Positions 18,592 to 27,343 of a DNA stretch of 53,815 nucleotides are shown in pieces. Positions within the stretch are counted from its first letter, which is position 1; every line of letters starts with the position of its first letter. The notes under the pieces were generated by a model. The model saw nothing but the letters and a program-made list of their open reading frames with translations. It did no database searches and was not told the origin of the DNA. Position numbers and translations under genes: made by a program. The DNA lies in NCBI GenBank assembly GCA_013360215.1, contig JABWCP010000002.1:124001-177815 (forward strand), in the 5' to 3' direction. The stretch is from a bacterium. GTDB taxonomy: Bacteria; CLD3; SB21.

Positions 18592-19442
18592 AACCTCCTC
18601 CCGATGTACGAATATAGAGCTCTGCGAACAGCATCTGTAGGCATGTCTACATTAGTCCATAGCTTAAATGATTGAGCGGCCTGAAACAAAAGCATTTCCA
18701 AACCATCGCTTATAATCCATTGGTGTTTTTTGGCCATAGATAAAAATGGCGTATCATTGATGGAATAAGCGATATCAATAGCTGTACCCGTAGATCTTTT
18801 AAATAATTGTTCGTCAAAATGCTCAGACTGCGTCGGTATCGTATTAACGACTAACGAAAACTGAATTGTTTTCATATCTGAAGCCGTCACTAATTTAAAC
18901 AAATTCTTTTTTACAAACATGTTATTAAAATGTTCGACAAGTTTGTTGGCTTTTTCTGCAGTACGATTAGATATAAATATCGCTGATTCCGGAAAAAGGT
19001 TACCCAAAGCATAGGCAACTGCGCGCGCACCACCGCCTGCACCTAAAATGAGAATATTATTATTTATCTGGTCTATATTGCATGTTTGTAATGCTTGGGA
19101 AAATCCATAGGCATCCGTGTTATAGCCTCTGATCAAGTTCTCTGAAAAAACAATCGTATTGACTGCTCCGATGGATCGGGCTTCGTCCGACACCGTATCG
19201 CATAGATATAAAGCTGTTTCTTTGTGCGGAATGGTAATATTAAGGCCTTTGATGCCTAATGCTTGAGCGCCACGGAGAGCTGTTTCAAATTTTTCAGGAA
19301 AAACGTTCCATGGAACGTAGCACGACGTGATTTTTAAATGCTGAAAAGCCGTATTGTGAATAATCGGCGATAAAGAATGGCTGACCGGATACCCCATAAT
19401 GCCATAAAGGGTCGTTGTACCTGTAATCCAATCATTAATCAC
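18588..19442 (-). CDS. aroE: shikimate dehydrogenase
   Basis: GYPVSHSLSP, NITIPHKE, GAVNT, NTDAYG, GAGGGARA, DGLEMLLFQA. Confidence 0.93.
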   Translation of the reverse strand: MINDWITGTTTLYGIMGYPVSHSLSPIIHNTAFQHLKITSCYVPWNVFPEKFETALRGAQALGIKGLNITIPHKETALYLCDTVSDEARSIGAVNTIVFSENLIRGYNTDAYGFSQALQTCNIDQINNNILILGAGGGARAVAYALGNLFPESAIFISNRTAEKANKLVEHFNNMFVKKNLFKLVTASDMKTIQFSLVVNTIPTQSEHFDEQLFKRSTGTAIDIAYSINDTPFLSMAKKHQWIISDGLEMLLFQAAQSFKLWTNVDMPTDAVRRALYSYIGRRL

Positions 19443-20268
19443 GGGTAGAAATCATATATTCAGGGGATAAAAAAACGCTATCCGACATAACTTCGTATGT
19501 TCGAATGTTGTCGGTGAGAATTTTTCTTTTTCCGTCGCCGCTTGTTTTGGTAGTAGAAAAAGAAATCCCGTTTACGGAAACCCAATCCTGCCATAGGTAG
19601 TGTCCTTTTTCTGCATCCGGGCCCTGGAGTAAAAACTTCCAACTTTCCATTCGGCTCGTAACGGGATCAATCATAACCCAATACTGATCACCAGGCGTTA
19701 AACCAACCTGTGCAAAAGACAAATGCAGCGTCTGTAATGTTTTGCCAGTTATTGAATCCTTTTGAGTGCCGTCGTAACGCAAACGGACACCATCATCGCG
19801 CCACTTCCAGGGCATGATCAGCCAATACGTGTCATTGATATAACGTCCATACCCATAATCCAGTTGCTTTTTCAAAGCATCCCCGCTTTGGATTTGACCG
19901 TTTACCCATGCCGCCCCTTTTTTTTCATTTAAGTCAGAAAATACTACTGAATAAACTTCACCCGCTCGGTTTTTACCTTCGACACGATACCGATTGCGGT
20001 GTTTATCCCATACATGACGGTGTTTTGAAACTTCCTTACCGTTTGAAACAACCGAAAAATCAAAAGAAATATATCGCGTCTCATCGAACCGTTGTTTCCC
20101 GCCTAGCGCATCCCATACTTTCTTAGTCCACAGGGCACTGGCAGAATCTGCTTCTCCTTGCAAATCAGATTCACTCATCACCGCGTTAGAAATGGCTTCC
20201 GGAAGAGTTGGTGTCTTAGGTTTACAACCAATAAGAAAACCTAAAATTAAAATAAGACGATATTTCAT
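19435..20268 (-). CDS. lipoprotein of unknown function (LolA-like/DUF6503-like beta fold suspected)
   Basis: Lipobox LIGC. ALGG...NDTYWLIMPWK...DDGV...GLTPGDQYW pattern. Confidence 0.6.
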   Translation of the reverse strand: MKYRLILILGFLIGCKPKTPTLPEAISNAVMSESDLQGEADSASALWTKKVWDALGGKQRFDETRYISFDFSVVSNGKEVSKHRHVWDKHRNRYRVEGKNRAGEVYSVVFSDLNEKKGAAWVNGQIQSGDALKKQLDYGYGRYINDTYWLIMPWKWRDDGVRLRYDGTQKDSITGKTLQTLHLSFAQVGLTPGDQYWVMIDPVTSRMESWKFLLQGPDAEKGHYLWQDWVSVNGISFSTTKTSGDGKRKILTDNIRTYEVMSDSVFLSPEYMISTRD

Positions 20269-21005
20269 TATTGTTTCTTACTGACTTTTTCAGCTTGTTT
20301 TTTTATGTATTCTTCATTGACAATTTTACCGCCTACCCGATACGCGCCGAGATAACTTTCATCATACATGATAAAATATCGGTTATCTTTCAATTGAAAC
20401 ACCTGAACTTGAAGTATTTTTTCATCAGCACCGGTAGACAGATCGTCAAAAATACCATACGCAACCAGCTCAGCGGGCGTTGCTTCTGTACCTATTTCTG
20501 TGTGAATAGAATACGGTTTGATTTCGGCATTAAATACATATTCTTCGTTTTCTGCCAGTGAAGAACCAAGGAAACCACCACCTACGGCTCCTCCGATAAT
20601 CATAAGCATAGGTAAAGGGCCAGCTAATGTTTTAACTCCTTTGGCTTCTGAAACTTTCGGACCTATAATCAAACCGGCACCTGCTCCCACTAAAAGACCG
20701 GCTCCGCCGCCGATGAGCATGTTTGATTTTTGTGACATAGCGCTTCGAACTTCTAACTTAGATATCGCATCAAGCGGAATTTCGCTTCGAAGTGTTGACT
20801 GTTGTACAATCAAAACGTCTTTATTTAAACCGACGATTTTGCATTCAAAGTCTATACCAGCAATATGTACTGAAGCGGAACGACCGGAAAGACCGGATTG
20901 TTTATTTTGCAGGTCGCTGTGCTGATACATCTTGGAGCCTGCGCTACAGCCGATAACCAACGAGAGCGATAAAGTCGTTAAACAAGTAATAAGACCTCTC
21001 AACAT
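20268..21005 (-). CDS. lipoprotein with glycine-zipper segments
   Basis: Lipobox VIGC. GGGAGLLVGAGAG and GGAVGGGFLG segments. TAATG-coupled to the next gene. Confidence 0.6.
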   Translation of the reverse strand: MLRGLITCLTTLSLSLVIGCSAGSKMYQHSDLQNKQSGLSGRSASVHIAGIDFECKIVGLNKDVLIVQQSTLRSEIPLDAISKLEVRSAMSQKSNMLIGGGAGLLVGAGAGLIIGPKVSEAKGVKTLAGPLPMLMIIGGAVGGGFLGSSLAENEEYVFNAEIKPYSIHTEIGTEATPAELVAYGIFDDLSTGADEKILQVQVFQLKDNRYFIMYDESYLGAYRVGGKIVNEEYIKKQAEKVSKKQ

Positions 21006-21034
21006 TTTGATTCTCCAGATATGTGTTTTTATTA

Positions 21035-21967
21035 TTAATGACCTAAAAATCTTTCAGCATCGATGGCGGCCATACATCCGGAACCGGCAGCTGTGATTGC
21101 TTGACGATACGTTTGATCCTGAACATCGCCACAAGCAAAAACACCTTCAATATTTGTTTTTGAAGACTTACCTTGCGTGATCAGATAGCCGCTTTCATCC
21201 ATATCAAGAATGCCCTTGAATAAATGCGTATTGGGCTGATGACCAATCGCTAAAAACAAACCTTGCGAAGATACCTCGGAAAGCGCTCCGTTGACCGTGT
21301 TCCGAAGCTTAAGGCCTTGAATCTGAGTGTTTTCATCACCTAAAATATCCACAACTTCGTTATCCCAGATAAAATTTACTTTTTCATTTTTTTGAACGCG
21401 CTCCTGCATGATTTTGGATGCTCGGAGCGTATTTCTGCGATGGATGATCGTTACCGATGCTGCAAATTTGGTCAAATATCCTGCTTCCTCCATAGCCGTA
21501 TCGCCGCCACCGACGACATGGATATGTTTGCCTTTGAAAAAGAATCCGTCACATGTCGCACAAGCTGACACACCATGCCCTATCATTATTTTTTCCTTGG
21601 GAAATCCCAGCAATTTGGCGGATGCTCCCGTAGCAATTATCACGGCTTTTGCTAAATGCACCTCACCACTATCGTCAGTAAGCTTAAAAGGCCTTTGAGA
21701 AAAATCGACTTTATCAATGCTCCGAAAAACACACTCCGTACCAAAACGCTTGGCCTGTTCACGCAGCATCTCCATCATTTCAGGTCCCATAACACCTTTT
21801 GGGAAACCAGGATAATTTTCAACTTCCGTTGTTATGGTCAATTGCCCGCCAGGTTGATGCCCTTCAAAAATTACCGGATTTAGGTTGGCTCGAGACGCAT
21901 ATATAGCCGCCGTGAAACCTGCCGGACCGGAGCCTATGATAACTACGTTTTTAACTTCCGCACTCAA
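21035..21967 (-). CDS. trxB: thioredoxin reductase
   Basis: IIGSGPAG, SACATCDG redox motif, VGGGDTA, GDVQD...QAITAAG. TTG start with GGAG RBS. Confidence 0.96.
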   Translation of the reverse strand: MSAEVKNVVIIGSGPAGFTAAIYASRANLNPVIFEGHQPGGQLTITTEVENYPGFPKGVMGPEMMEMLREQAKRFGTECVFRSIDKVDFSQRPFKLTDDSGEVHLAKAVIIATGASAKLLGFPKEKIMIGHGVSACATCDGFFFKGKHIHVVGGGDTAMEEAGYLTKFAASVTIIHRRNTLRASKIMQERVQKNEKVNFIWDNEVVDILGDENTQIQGLKLRNTVNGALSEVSSQGLFLAIGHQPNTHLFKGILDMDESGYLITQGKSSKTNIEGVFACGDVQDQTYRQAITAAGSGCMAAIDAERFLGH

Positions 21968-21982
21968 GGTTATACTCCATAT

Positions 21983-22495
21983 TTATAAATTGGTCAATGA
22001 AAGTTTTCTAAGTTTTTGTAATTGGCTCCACTGTATGGGTAATTGGACAAGTAACGAGACACTAAATCCGACTAACGGCAACCACGGCCATATCAATTCC
22101 GGCTCGGTCAGCCTGCATAATAACATAGCTAGAGGGAAGAAAATTCCTCCGGCAATACTACTTAAGACTATTCTTTCCGTATAAGCCTCAAGCATGAAAG
22201 GCGTTTTGTGATTTGTGCCTTTGAGTTTCCACCATAACATTTCGACAAACCAAGCACTAAAATAGATCGAAGCCGATACTCCGAATAGGCGAAACCAATA
22301 GAAGAAATCATTATTGGGATGTACTACATAATCATAAAGCCAAACAATCAAAGCGCTTACATTAGAATATGTAAAGTTTCGCATGAAGCCATTGCGGAAC
22401 GAATCGAAATCCGTGTTCAGATAAATGTCTTTGAGGCGATCTTGATCACGTAGCTGCATGGAAGTAATAGTATGAATTTTTTTTGGTAGGCGCAA
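21983..22495 (-). CDS. hypothetical membrane protein (~4 TM helices)
   Basis: 170-aa ORF with several hydrophobic segments, filling the gap in operon orientation. Start uncertain. Confidence 0.55.
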   Translation of the reverse strand: MRLPKKIHTITSMQLRDQDRLKDIYLNTDFDSFRNGFMRNFTYSNVSALIVWLYDYVVHPNNDFFYWFRLFGVSASIYFSAWFVEMLWWKLKGTNHKTPFMLEAYTERIVLSSIAGGIFFPLAMLLCRLTEPELIWPWLPLVGFSVSLLVQLPIQWSQLQKLRKLSLTNL

Positions 22496-22531
22496 TGTTC
22501 AAAAAGGAATACAAATAAATAATAAAATAAA

Positions 22532-22653
22532 CTGCCCCAAAAATTTCAACCAAGCTTAAGATGCCTCATTTTATACCACAAACAATAGCCGAATTCTCAT
22601 CATTGATTGCAATCCTTAAGATAGTAGCTAAAGGTGACGAACCTTTGGGGCAG
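22532..22653 (-). ncRNA. candidate structured RNA / inverted-repeat element
   Basis: CTGCCCCAAA (22532-22541) and TTTGGGGCAG (22644-22653) are perfect terminal inverted repeats. An inner CTTAAG/CTTAAG pair is also present. Confidence 0.35.
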
Positions 22654-22676
22654 CATTAAAAACTCAGTAAATCAAA

Positions 22677-24821
22677 TTATTCCCATGCCAGCGAAATGGA
22701 TGCTGCGAAGTTACGCGGCAGACCCGGTTCTAAATACATAGGCTTTTTATTAACGCTATTCAAATCGGGATTGATAAATGTCGAACCTGCGTATTTCTTA
22801 TCCATAAGGTTATTGACGGAAATGAAGCCTCGGATTGTGTAATGCTCGCTCAATCGTATCGGTTCACCTATACCTATGGAAGCGTTAAAAACCGTATAAG
22901 CAGGAACTTTGATTGTGTTGGCATCATCCGTATAGTACGATCCGATACCCTGAACCGTCAATTCAGCAAAAATCCACTTCATGAAATCCGGAGTCCATCT
23001 GCCCGATACCGAGTAATAAAAATCCGGAACTCCGGCCTGTTTATTATCGCTGTAATCGGTGAATTTCCCGGTACTGGCGGCATTTATGAGCGACGAGTCA
23101 ATACGATATTTTTCATATGTGTTTTTGGAAATCGTAGCGCTCGTTTTTAGTGAAAATCCTTTTGCAAAATCTGTTTTTTCACTTATTTCTAAGCCAATAC
23201 GTTGTGTTTTCCCTGCGGTCATATAAAAACGCCCGCTTCGATACGGAATCACATCGTTAGTAACCTGTATCCAAAATAAAGCCGCGTCATAAGTTATACC
23301 TTTAAGAAATCCTTCTTTTGCGATCACTTTCTTAGTACCTATTTCCGCCGTGACAGATGTAATAGGTTTTAACAATGGATTAAATGATTTATAAGAATTG
23401 ACCGTATCTGCAGGATCCGTTTCATTGCCGGCTGGAACTTCGACACCTCCCCCAATATTGGCGTACATACTATGAACGGGCGTGATGCGGTATGTTATGC
23501 CGGCTTTAGGTGTCCAATGTGTAAAAGATTTTTTCTGTTTTCCTATTGATGCATCTAAGAAATTTTGATTATAGTACGTAACATCATCATACCTTAAACC
23601 GGTAAGCAGCGTCCATTTCTCGTCAAATTGAATCTCATGTTGGATAAAATAGCCAAGACTGCGTGCGCCTTCCTTTTTATTTTGAAATTTGCTGGTGTCT
23701 TTAGCGGGAATATCGCGTCTGCCGTTAGTTAACGGATAAAACAAAATAGCGCCATCTTGATAAGCCAAATCTCCTCCGACAAGCGTTATGGTTTTCAGAG
23801 TACCCCATTCATGATTATGCCGATACATGGTATTGCCGCCAATATGGTAACGCGTGAAATCGCGATAGGTATTACGTTCAGAACGATGCAGTACTTTGGG
23901 ATTTACAAATGCCATCCCGGATATTTGATTCTCATCATTGATGTTATGCTGCAAACTGAGACCCATGTATAATATTTTATTATTTCGTCGCTCACGCTGT
24001 GTTTTATAAGCAGGATTGGCTTGGGTAGGCAAAGAATCATACTGCTGTTTCGTCAAAGGCCCCGGGATACTAAATTGATTATGCCCTCCCACGAGTAGCG
24101 CTGTAAATGTAGTTTGTTCAGTGACCGAAGATTGTAAGCCCATCGTGAGAATGCGTCGCTCGGCTTGCGAATTGGCGCGCCAACCGTCATAGGAATTTTG
24201 TGTATAACCTGCATAAAACTGGGTACTGCCTATCGTAGTACCGGTTCGTGCATGCCACTCTTTCAGGCCAAAACTTCCCGTTTTGGCCTGCATAACGGCG
24301 AAACGACCGCTGTTTGAAGGCAAAGTAGAAATATCCACAATACCTCCTCCGGCATTACCCCATACAGAAGACGCATTGGAACGAACAACTTCCATGCGGT
24401 CGACCATATTCATATCAATCAGATCCAGCGCTGTACGCCCATCCGGTTCGGTTAAGGGCAATCCATTAAGTAAAACGCGTATGCCACGCGAAGTGCCCGC
24501 ATTGGAGCGATCCCCTGCACCACGTGTACCAAAACCGCGAATCGAAATGCGTAAATCGGTTCCACCCGAACGGGATTGCGCCAAAACACCAGGAATATGA
24601 ATCATGGCATCATTCATACCAAATCCACGTTTGGTATCAAACTCTTTACGGTCAATAACGCTGACAGCCAGCGGCACTTCAATGATGGATTCGGGAACAC
24701 GCGTGGAAGTGATCGTCGTACCTTCCAGATTATAAATTCGCGTACTGTCCTTATTTTGCCCAATGAGCAAAAATGGAAAGAAATGCGCTATCACAACCGC
24801 GCATAATAAACTATTTTTCAT
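22677..24821 (-). CDS. TonB-dependent outer-membrane receptor (YncD/PqqU-like plug)
   Basis: ATG at 24821 with AGGAG RBS and signal peptide. ISIRGFGTRG...RGIRVLLNGLP..PDG plug, NNLMDKKY, YLEPGLPRNF, aromatic-ending C-terminal strand. Confidence 0.92.
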   Translation of the reverse strand: MKNSLLCAVVIAHFFPFLLIGQNKDSTRIYNLEGTTITSTRVPESIIEVPLAVSVIDRKEFDTKRGFGMNDAMIHIPGVLAQSRSGGTDLRISIRGFGTRGAGDRSNAGTSRGIRVLLNGLPLTEPDGRTALDLIDMNMVDRMEVVRSNASSVWGNAGGGIVDISTLPSNSGRFAVMQAKTGSFGLKEWHARTGTTIGSTQFYAGYTQNSYDGWRANSQAERRILTMGLQSSVTEQTTFTALLVGGHNQFSIPGPLTKQQYDSLPTQANPAYKTQRERRNNKILYMGLSLQHNINDENQISGMAFVNPKVLHRSERNTYRDFTRYHIGGNTMYRHNHEWGTLKTITLVGGDLAYQDGAILFYPLTNGRRDIPAKDTSKFQNKKEGARSLGYFIQHEIQFDEKWTLLTGLRYDDVTYYNQNFLDASIGKQKKSFTHWTPKAGITYRITPVHSMYANIGGGVEVPAGNETDPADTVNSYKSFNPLLKPITSVTAEIGTKKVIAKEGFLKGITYDAALFWIQVTNDVIPYRSGRFYMTAGKTQRIGLEISEKTDFAKGFSLKTSATISKNTYEKYRIDSSLINAASTGKFTDYSDNKQAGVPDFYYSVSGRWTPDFMKWIFAELTVQGIGSYYTDDANTIKVPAYTVFNASIGIGEPIRLSEHYTIRGFISVNNLMDKKYAGSTFINPDLNSVNKKPMYLEPGLPRNFAASISLAWE

Positions 24822-24921
24822 AGTACTCCTACCTGAGTAAATAAAAGAATGGAACCATGCAGCACACCCACATAAGCCATTCGGACTTATATCGTGATTT
24901 CTCCACACGGAAAATGAATTA

Positions 24922-25326
24922 CTAAAGCCAATGTAGAGTACTAAAATTTGGCGGATGGAATGTAAAGGTTGGTATTTCCGGATACGGAGCTATAGGAAGC
25001 AGAGACCAAATTAGGGTAAACGCTTCATCGGCATAACTACCAATAAATGGCGATACGACTGTAAAAAATATTGGTTTGAGTTTAAGTTTAAATCGTTGAT
25101 CGGCATCGCGTTTTGATTCTTCCTTAATAAAAACACTATGGGGCGAATCAGGATGACTTTTCGTTATGAATGTATCTTCATCGTTATCCGGTGCATCCCA
25201 ATACAACACGACTTGCAAAGGCGAAAACCATAATCCCAGCAACGCGTACGGCTGACTTACCGCAAAAACGGTTGTTATCAATACCGGTAAAACGAGTGTG
25301 TGTTTAATAAGAAAAGCCCATCGCAT
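24922..25326 (-). CDS. small exported leader-type protein ending in FHPP motif
   Basis: Hydrophobic N-terminus, acidic/His patch, TFHPP 8 aa before stop. Lies 100 nt upstream of the TonB-dependent receptor. Confidence 0.55.
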   Translation of the reverse strand: MRWAFLIKHTLVLPVLITTVFAVSQPYALLGLWFSPLQVVLYWDAPDNDEDTFITKSHPDSPHSVFIKEESKRDADQRFKLKLKPIFFTVVSPFIGSYADEAFTLIWSLLPIAPYPEIPTFTFHPPNFSTLHWL

Positions 25327-25434
25327 GAACGAAATATAAAGCTATATTTATGTCGTGCAAATATGATTTATTGTTTTTGAAACTTTAAAATTCCGTTGAT
25401 TTTTTTGATTAAGCCAGTATATTCCACTGTTCTT

Positions 25435-25505
25435 TGGAATGTCGTCCAACGGTAGGACAGTGGACTCTGGATCCATTAATCGGGGTTCGAATCCCTGCAT
25501 TCCAG
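25435..25505 (+). tRNA. tRNA-Gln (CTG)
   Basis: Acceptor TGGAATG/CATTCCA (U1-A72), D arm GTCC/GGAC, anticodon loop CT-CTG-GA, TTCGAAT T loop. CCA not encoded. Confidence 0.96.
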
Positions 25506-25510
25506 CACAT

Positions 25511-25545
25511 AAATGCCCGATTTTGATCGGGCATTTACTTTTGTT
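25511..25545 (+). terminator. intrinsic terminator after tRNA-Gln
   Basis: AAATGCCCGAT-TTTG-ATCGGGCATTT then a T-rich tail. Confidence 0.75.
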
Positions 25546-25561
25546 ACCTGCAATAAATTGC

Positions 25562-25590
25562 TTGCAATTTTCGACCTCGTTTTCTATCAT
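25562..25590 (+). promoter_or_regulatory. sigma70-type promoter of tatA
   Basis: TTGCAA-N17-TATCAT, with GGAGG RBS at 25629. Confidence 0.6.
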
Positions 25591-25641
25591 AAACTATTGC
25601 GTCAAATATGTTCAATTTATCCCTTTTGGGAGGTGTTTTAG

Positions 25642-25827
25642 ATGAATTTAGGAATGCCCGAAATAATCGTAATAGCTGTCGCCGTTCTTATTCTCTTCGG
25701 CGCGAAAAAAATACCCGAATTTGCTCAAGGTCTTGGTAAAGGTATTCGCGAATTTAAGCGTGCAATGAATGGCGCTGAAGATGAAATCAAAAAAGGTTTA
25801 TCCGATAATCAGGAACGTAAACCCTAA
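25642..25827 (+). CDS. tatA: twin-arginine translocase subunit TatA/E
   Basis: GMPEIIVI...LILFGAKKIPEFAQGLGKGIREFK. Confidence 0.95.
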   Translation: MNLGMPEIIVIAVAVLILFGAKKIPEFAQGLGKGIREFKRAMNGAEDEIKKGLSDNQERKP

Positions 25828-25850
25828 GCTTATTTGACATGTTTTTCACT

Positions 25851-25886
25851 ATCCCGATAGGCCGCATGGTGATCGGGATTTTTTTT
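25851..25886 (+). terminator. terminator-like hairpin between tatA and gatA
   Basis: ATCCCGAT...ATCGGGAT followed by a T run. Confidence 0.6.
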
Positions 25887-25908
25887 GTATAACCATATTT
25901 AATCCACA

Positions 25909-27333
25909 ATGCATAAAACTTTTTCTCAGATCTCTGAAGATTTAAAATCCGGCGCGACGAACTGCGAAACGATCGTTTCTCAATACCTTGATTCGATCAA
26001 ATCTCAATCTGCTTTAAACGCATTTATTCACGTTTTGCCGTTCGAAAAAACCATAGCACGAGCCAAACATATTGATGCGAAAGTCAAATCGGGTCAGTAT
26101 GGCCGTTTAGCCGGTATGGTCGTCGCTGTAAAAGATGCGATCGTCGTCAAAGATGAAAGCGCAACGGCCGGTTCACAAATTTTAAAAAACTATGTCTCCC
26201 CTTTTTCCGCAACGGTTATTGAGCGCCTTGAAAATGAAGATGCAATCGTCATCGGTAAAGCCAATATGGACGAGTTTGCGATGGGGTCATCCAATGAAAA
26301 TTCATCATTTGGTCCCGCGCTCAATCCTTTAGATACATCGCGGGTTCCCGGCGGTTCATCCGGTGGCAGCGCCGTAGCGGTAGCCGCAGGACTTAGCACG
26401 ACATCGCTAGGATCTGAAACCGGTGGATCGGTTCGTTTACCGGCCAGTTTTTGTGGTGTGGTCGGGCTCAAACCGACGTATGGGCGCATTTCGCGTTATG
26501 GCCTGATTGCGTTTGCCTCTTCCTTTGATCAGATCGGGCCGATGGGGCTTACGGTCGAAGATACGGCAAGGCTCACGCACACTATCGCCGGTATTGATCA
26601 CCGCGACGCGACCAGCGCTTCTTCCCCCGTTCCTAATTACGCGGATGAATTAAAAAAAGGTGTCAAAGGACTTCGTATCGGTATTCCCAAAGAATATTTC
26701 GGACAAGGACTTGATCCTGAAATTCGTGCAGGTATCGAAAAGACAATTGAAAAACTAAGCAAAGAAGGCGCCGTGTTTAGTGATATAACACTGCCACATA
26801 CAGAATACGGCATTGCAACATATTATATTCTTGTTACGGCGGAGGCCTCATCAAATCTTGCACGCTACGACGGGGTGCGGTATGGTCACCGCAGTACAAA
26901 GTCCGTTACGATGGCGGACATGTTTATCAAAAGTCGCAGTGAAGCCTTCGGTGAAGAGGTAAAGCGCCGCATCATGCTCGGTACTTATGTGTTGAGTGCA
27001 GGTTATTATGACGCGTATTACAAAAAAGCGCAGAAAGTCCGTACGCTAATCAAAAAGGATTTTACTCAAGTTTTTTCGCAAGGTATTGATTGTATCTTAG
27101 CGCCGACGTCACCGACGGTAGCGTTCAAGTTCGGTGAAAAATCCAACGATCCTTTGGCCATGTATTTATCGGATGTTTATACCGTTAATATCAATATCGC
27201 CGGTAACCCTGCTATCAGCGTACCGTGCGGCAAAAATTCGGAAAATATGCCTTATGGCGTACAGATCATCGGTAAAGACTTTGATGAAAGCATGTGTTTC
27301 CGCGTGGGTGCTGCGATCGAATCATTACGCTAG
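25909..27333 (+). CDS. gatA: Asp/Glu-tRNA amidotransferase subunit A
   Basis: Amidase signature (MDEFAMGSS, PGGSSGGS, GSETGGSVR) plus GatA-specific SSNLARYDG, EVKRRIMLGTYVLS and MYLSDVYT. Confidence 0.96.
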   Translation: MHKTFSQISEDLKSGATNCETIVSQYLDSIKSQSALNAFIHVLPFEKTIARAKHIDAKVKSGQYGRLAGMVVAVKDAIVVKDESATAGSQILKNYVSPFSATVIERLENEDAIVIGKANMDEFAMGSSNENSSFGPALNPLDTSRVPGGSSGGSAVAVAAGLSTTSLGSETGGSVRLPASFCGVVGLKPTYGRISRYGLIAFASSFDQIGPMGLTVEDTARLTHTIAGIDHRDATSASSPVPNYADELKKGVKGLRIGIPKEYFGQGLDPEIRAGIEKTIEKLSKEGAVFSDITLPHTEYGIATYYILVTAEASSNLARYDGVRYGHRSTKSVTMADMFIKSRSEAFGEEVKRRIMLGTYVLSAGYYDAYYKKAQKVRTLIKKDFTQVFSQGIDCILAPTSPTVAFKFGEKSNDPLAMYLSDVYTVNINIAGNPAISVPCGKNSENMPYGVQIIGKDFDESMCFRVGAAIESLR

Positions 27334-27343
27334 TCGGAGGCCG

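Noticed and set aside
25348..25645. 80-aa and 68-aa ORFs in the track
   Set aside because: They overlap tRNA-Gln and its terminator.
27134..27343. Extended N-terminus of the propeller protein overlapping gatA (likewise the longer starts at 13159, 24908, 42358 and 53381)
   Set aside because: Downstream ATGs give an RBS, signal peptide or family-typical N-terminus and avoid long overlaps.
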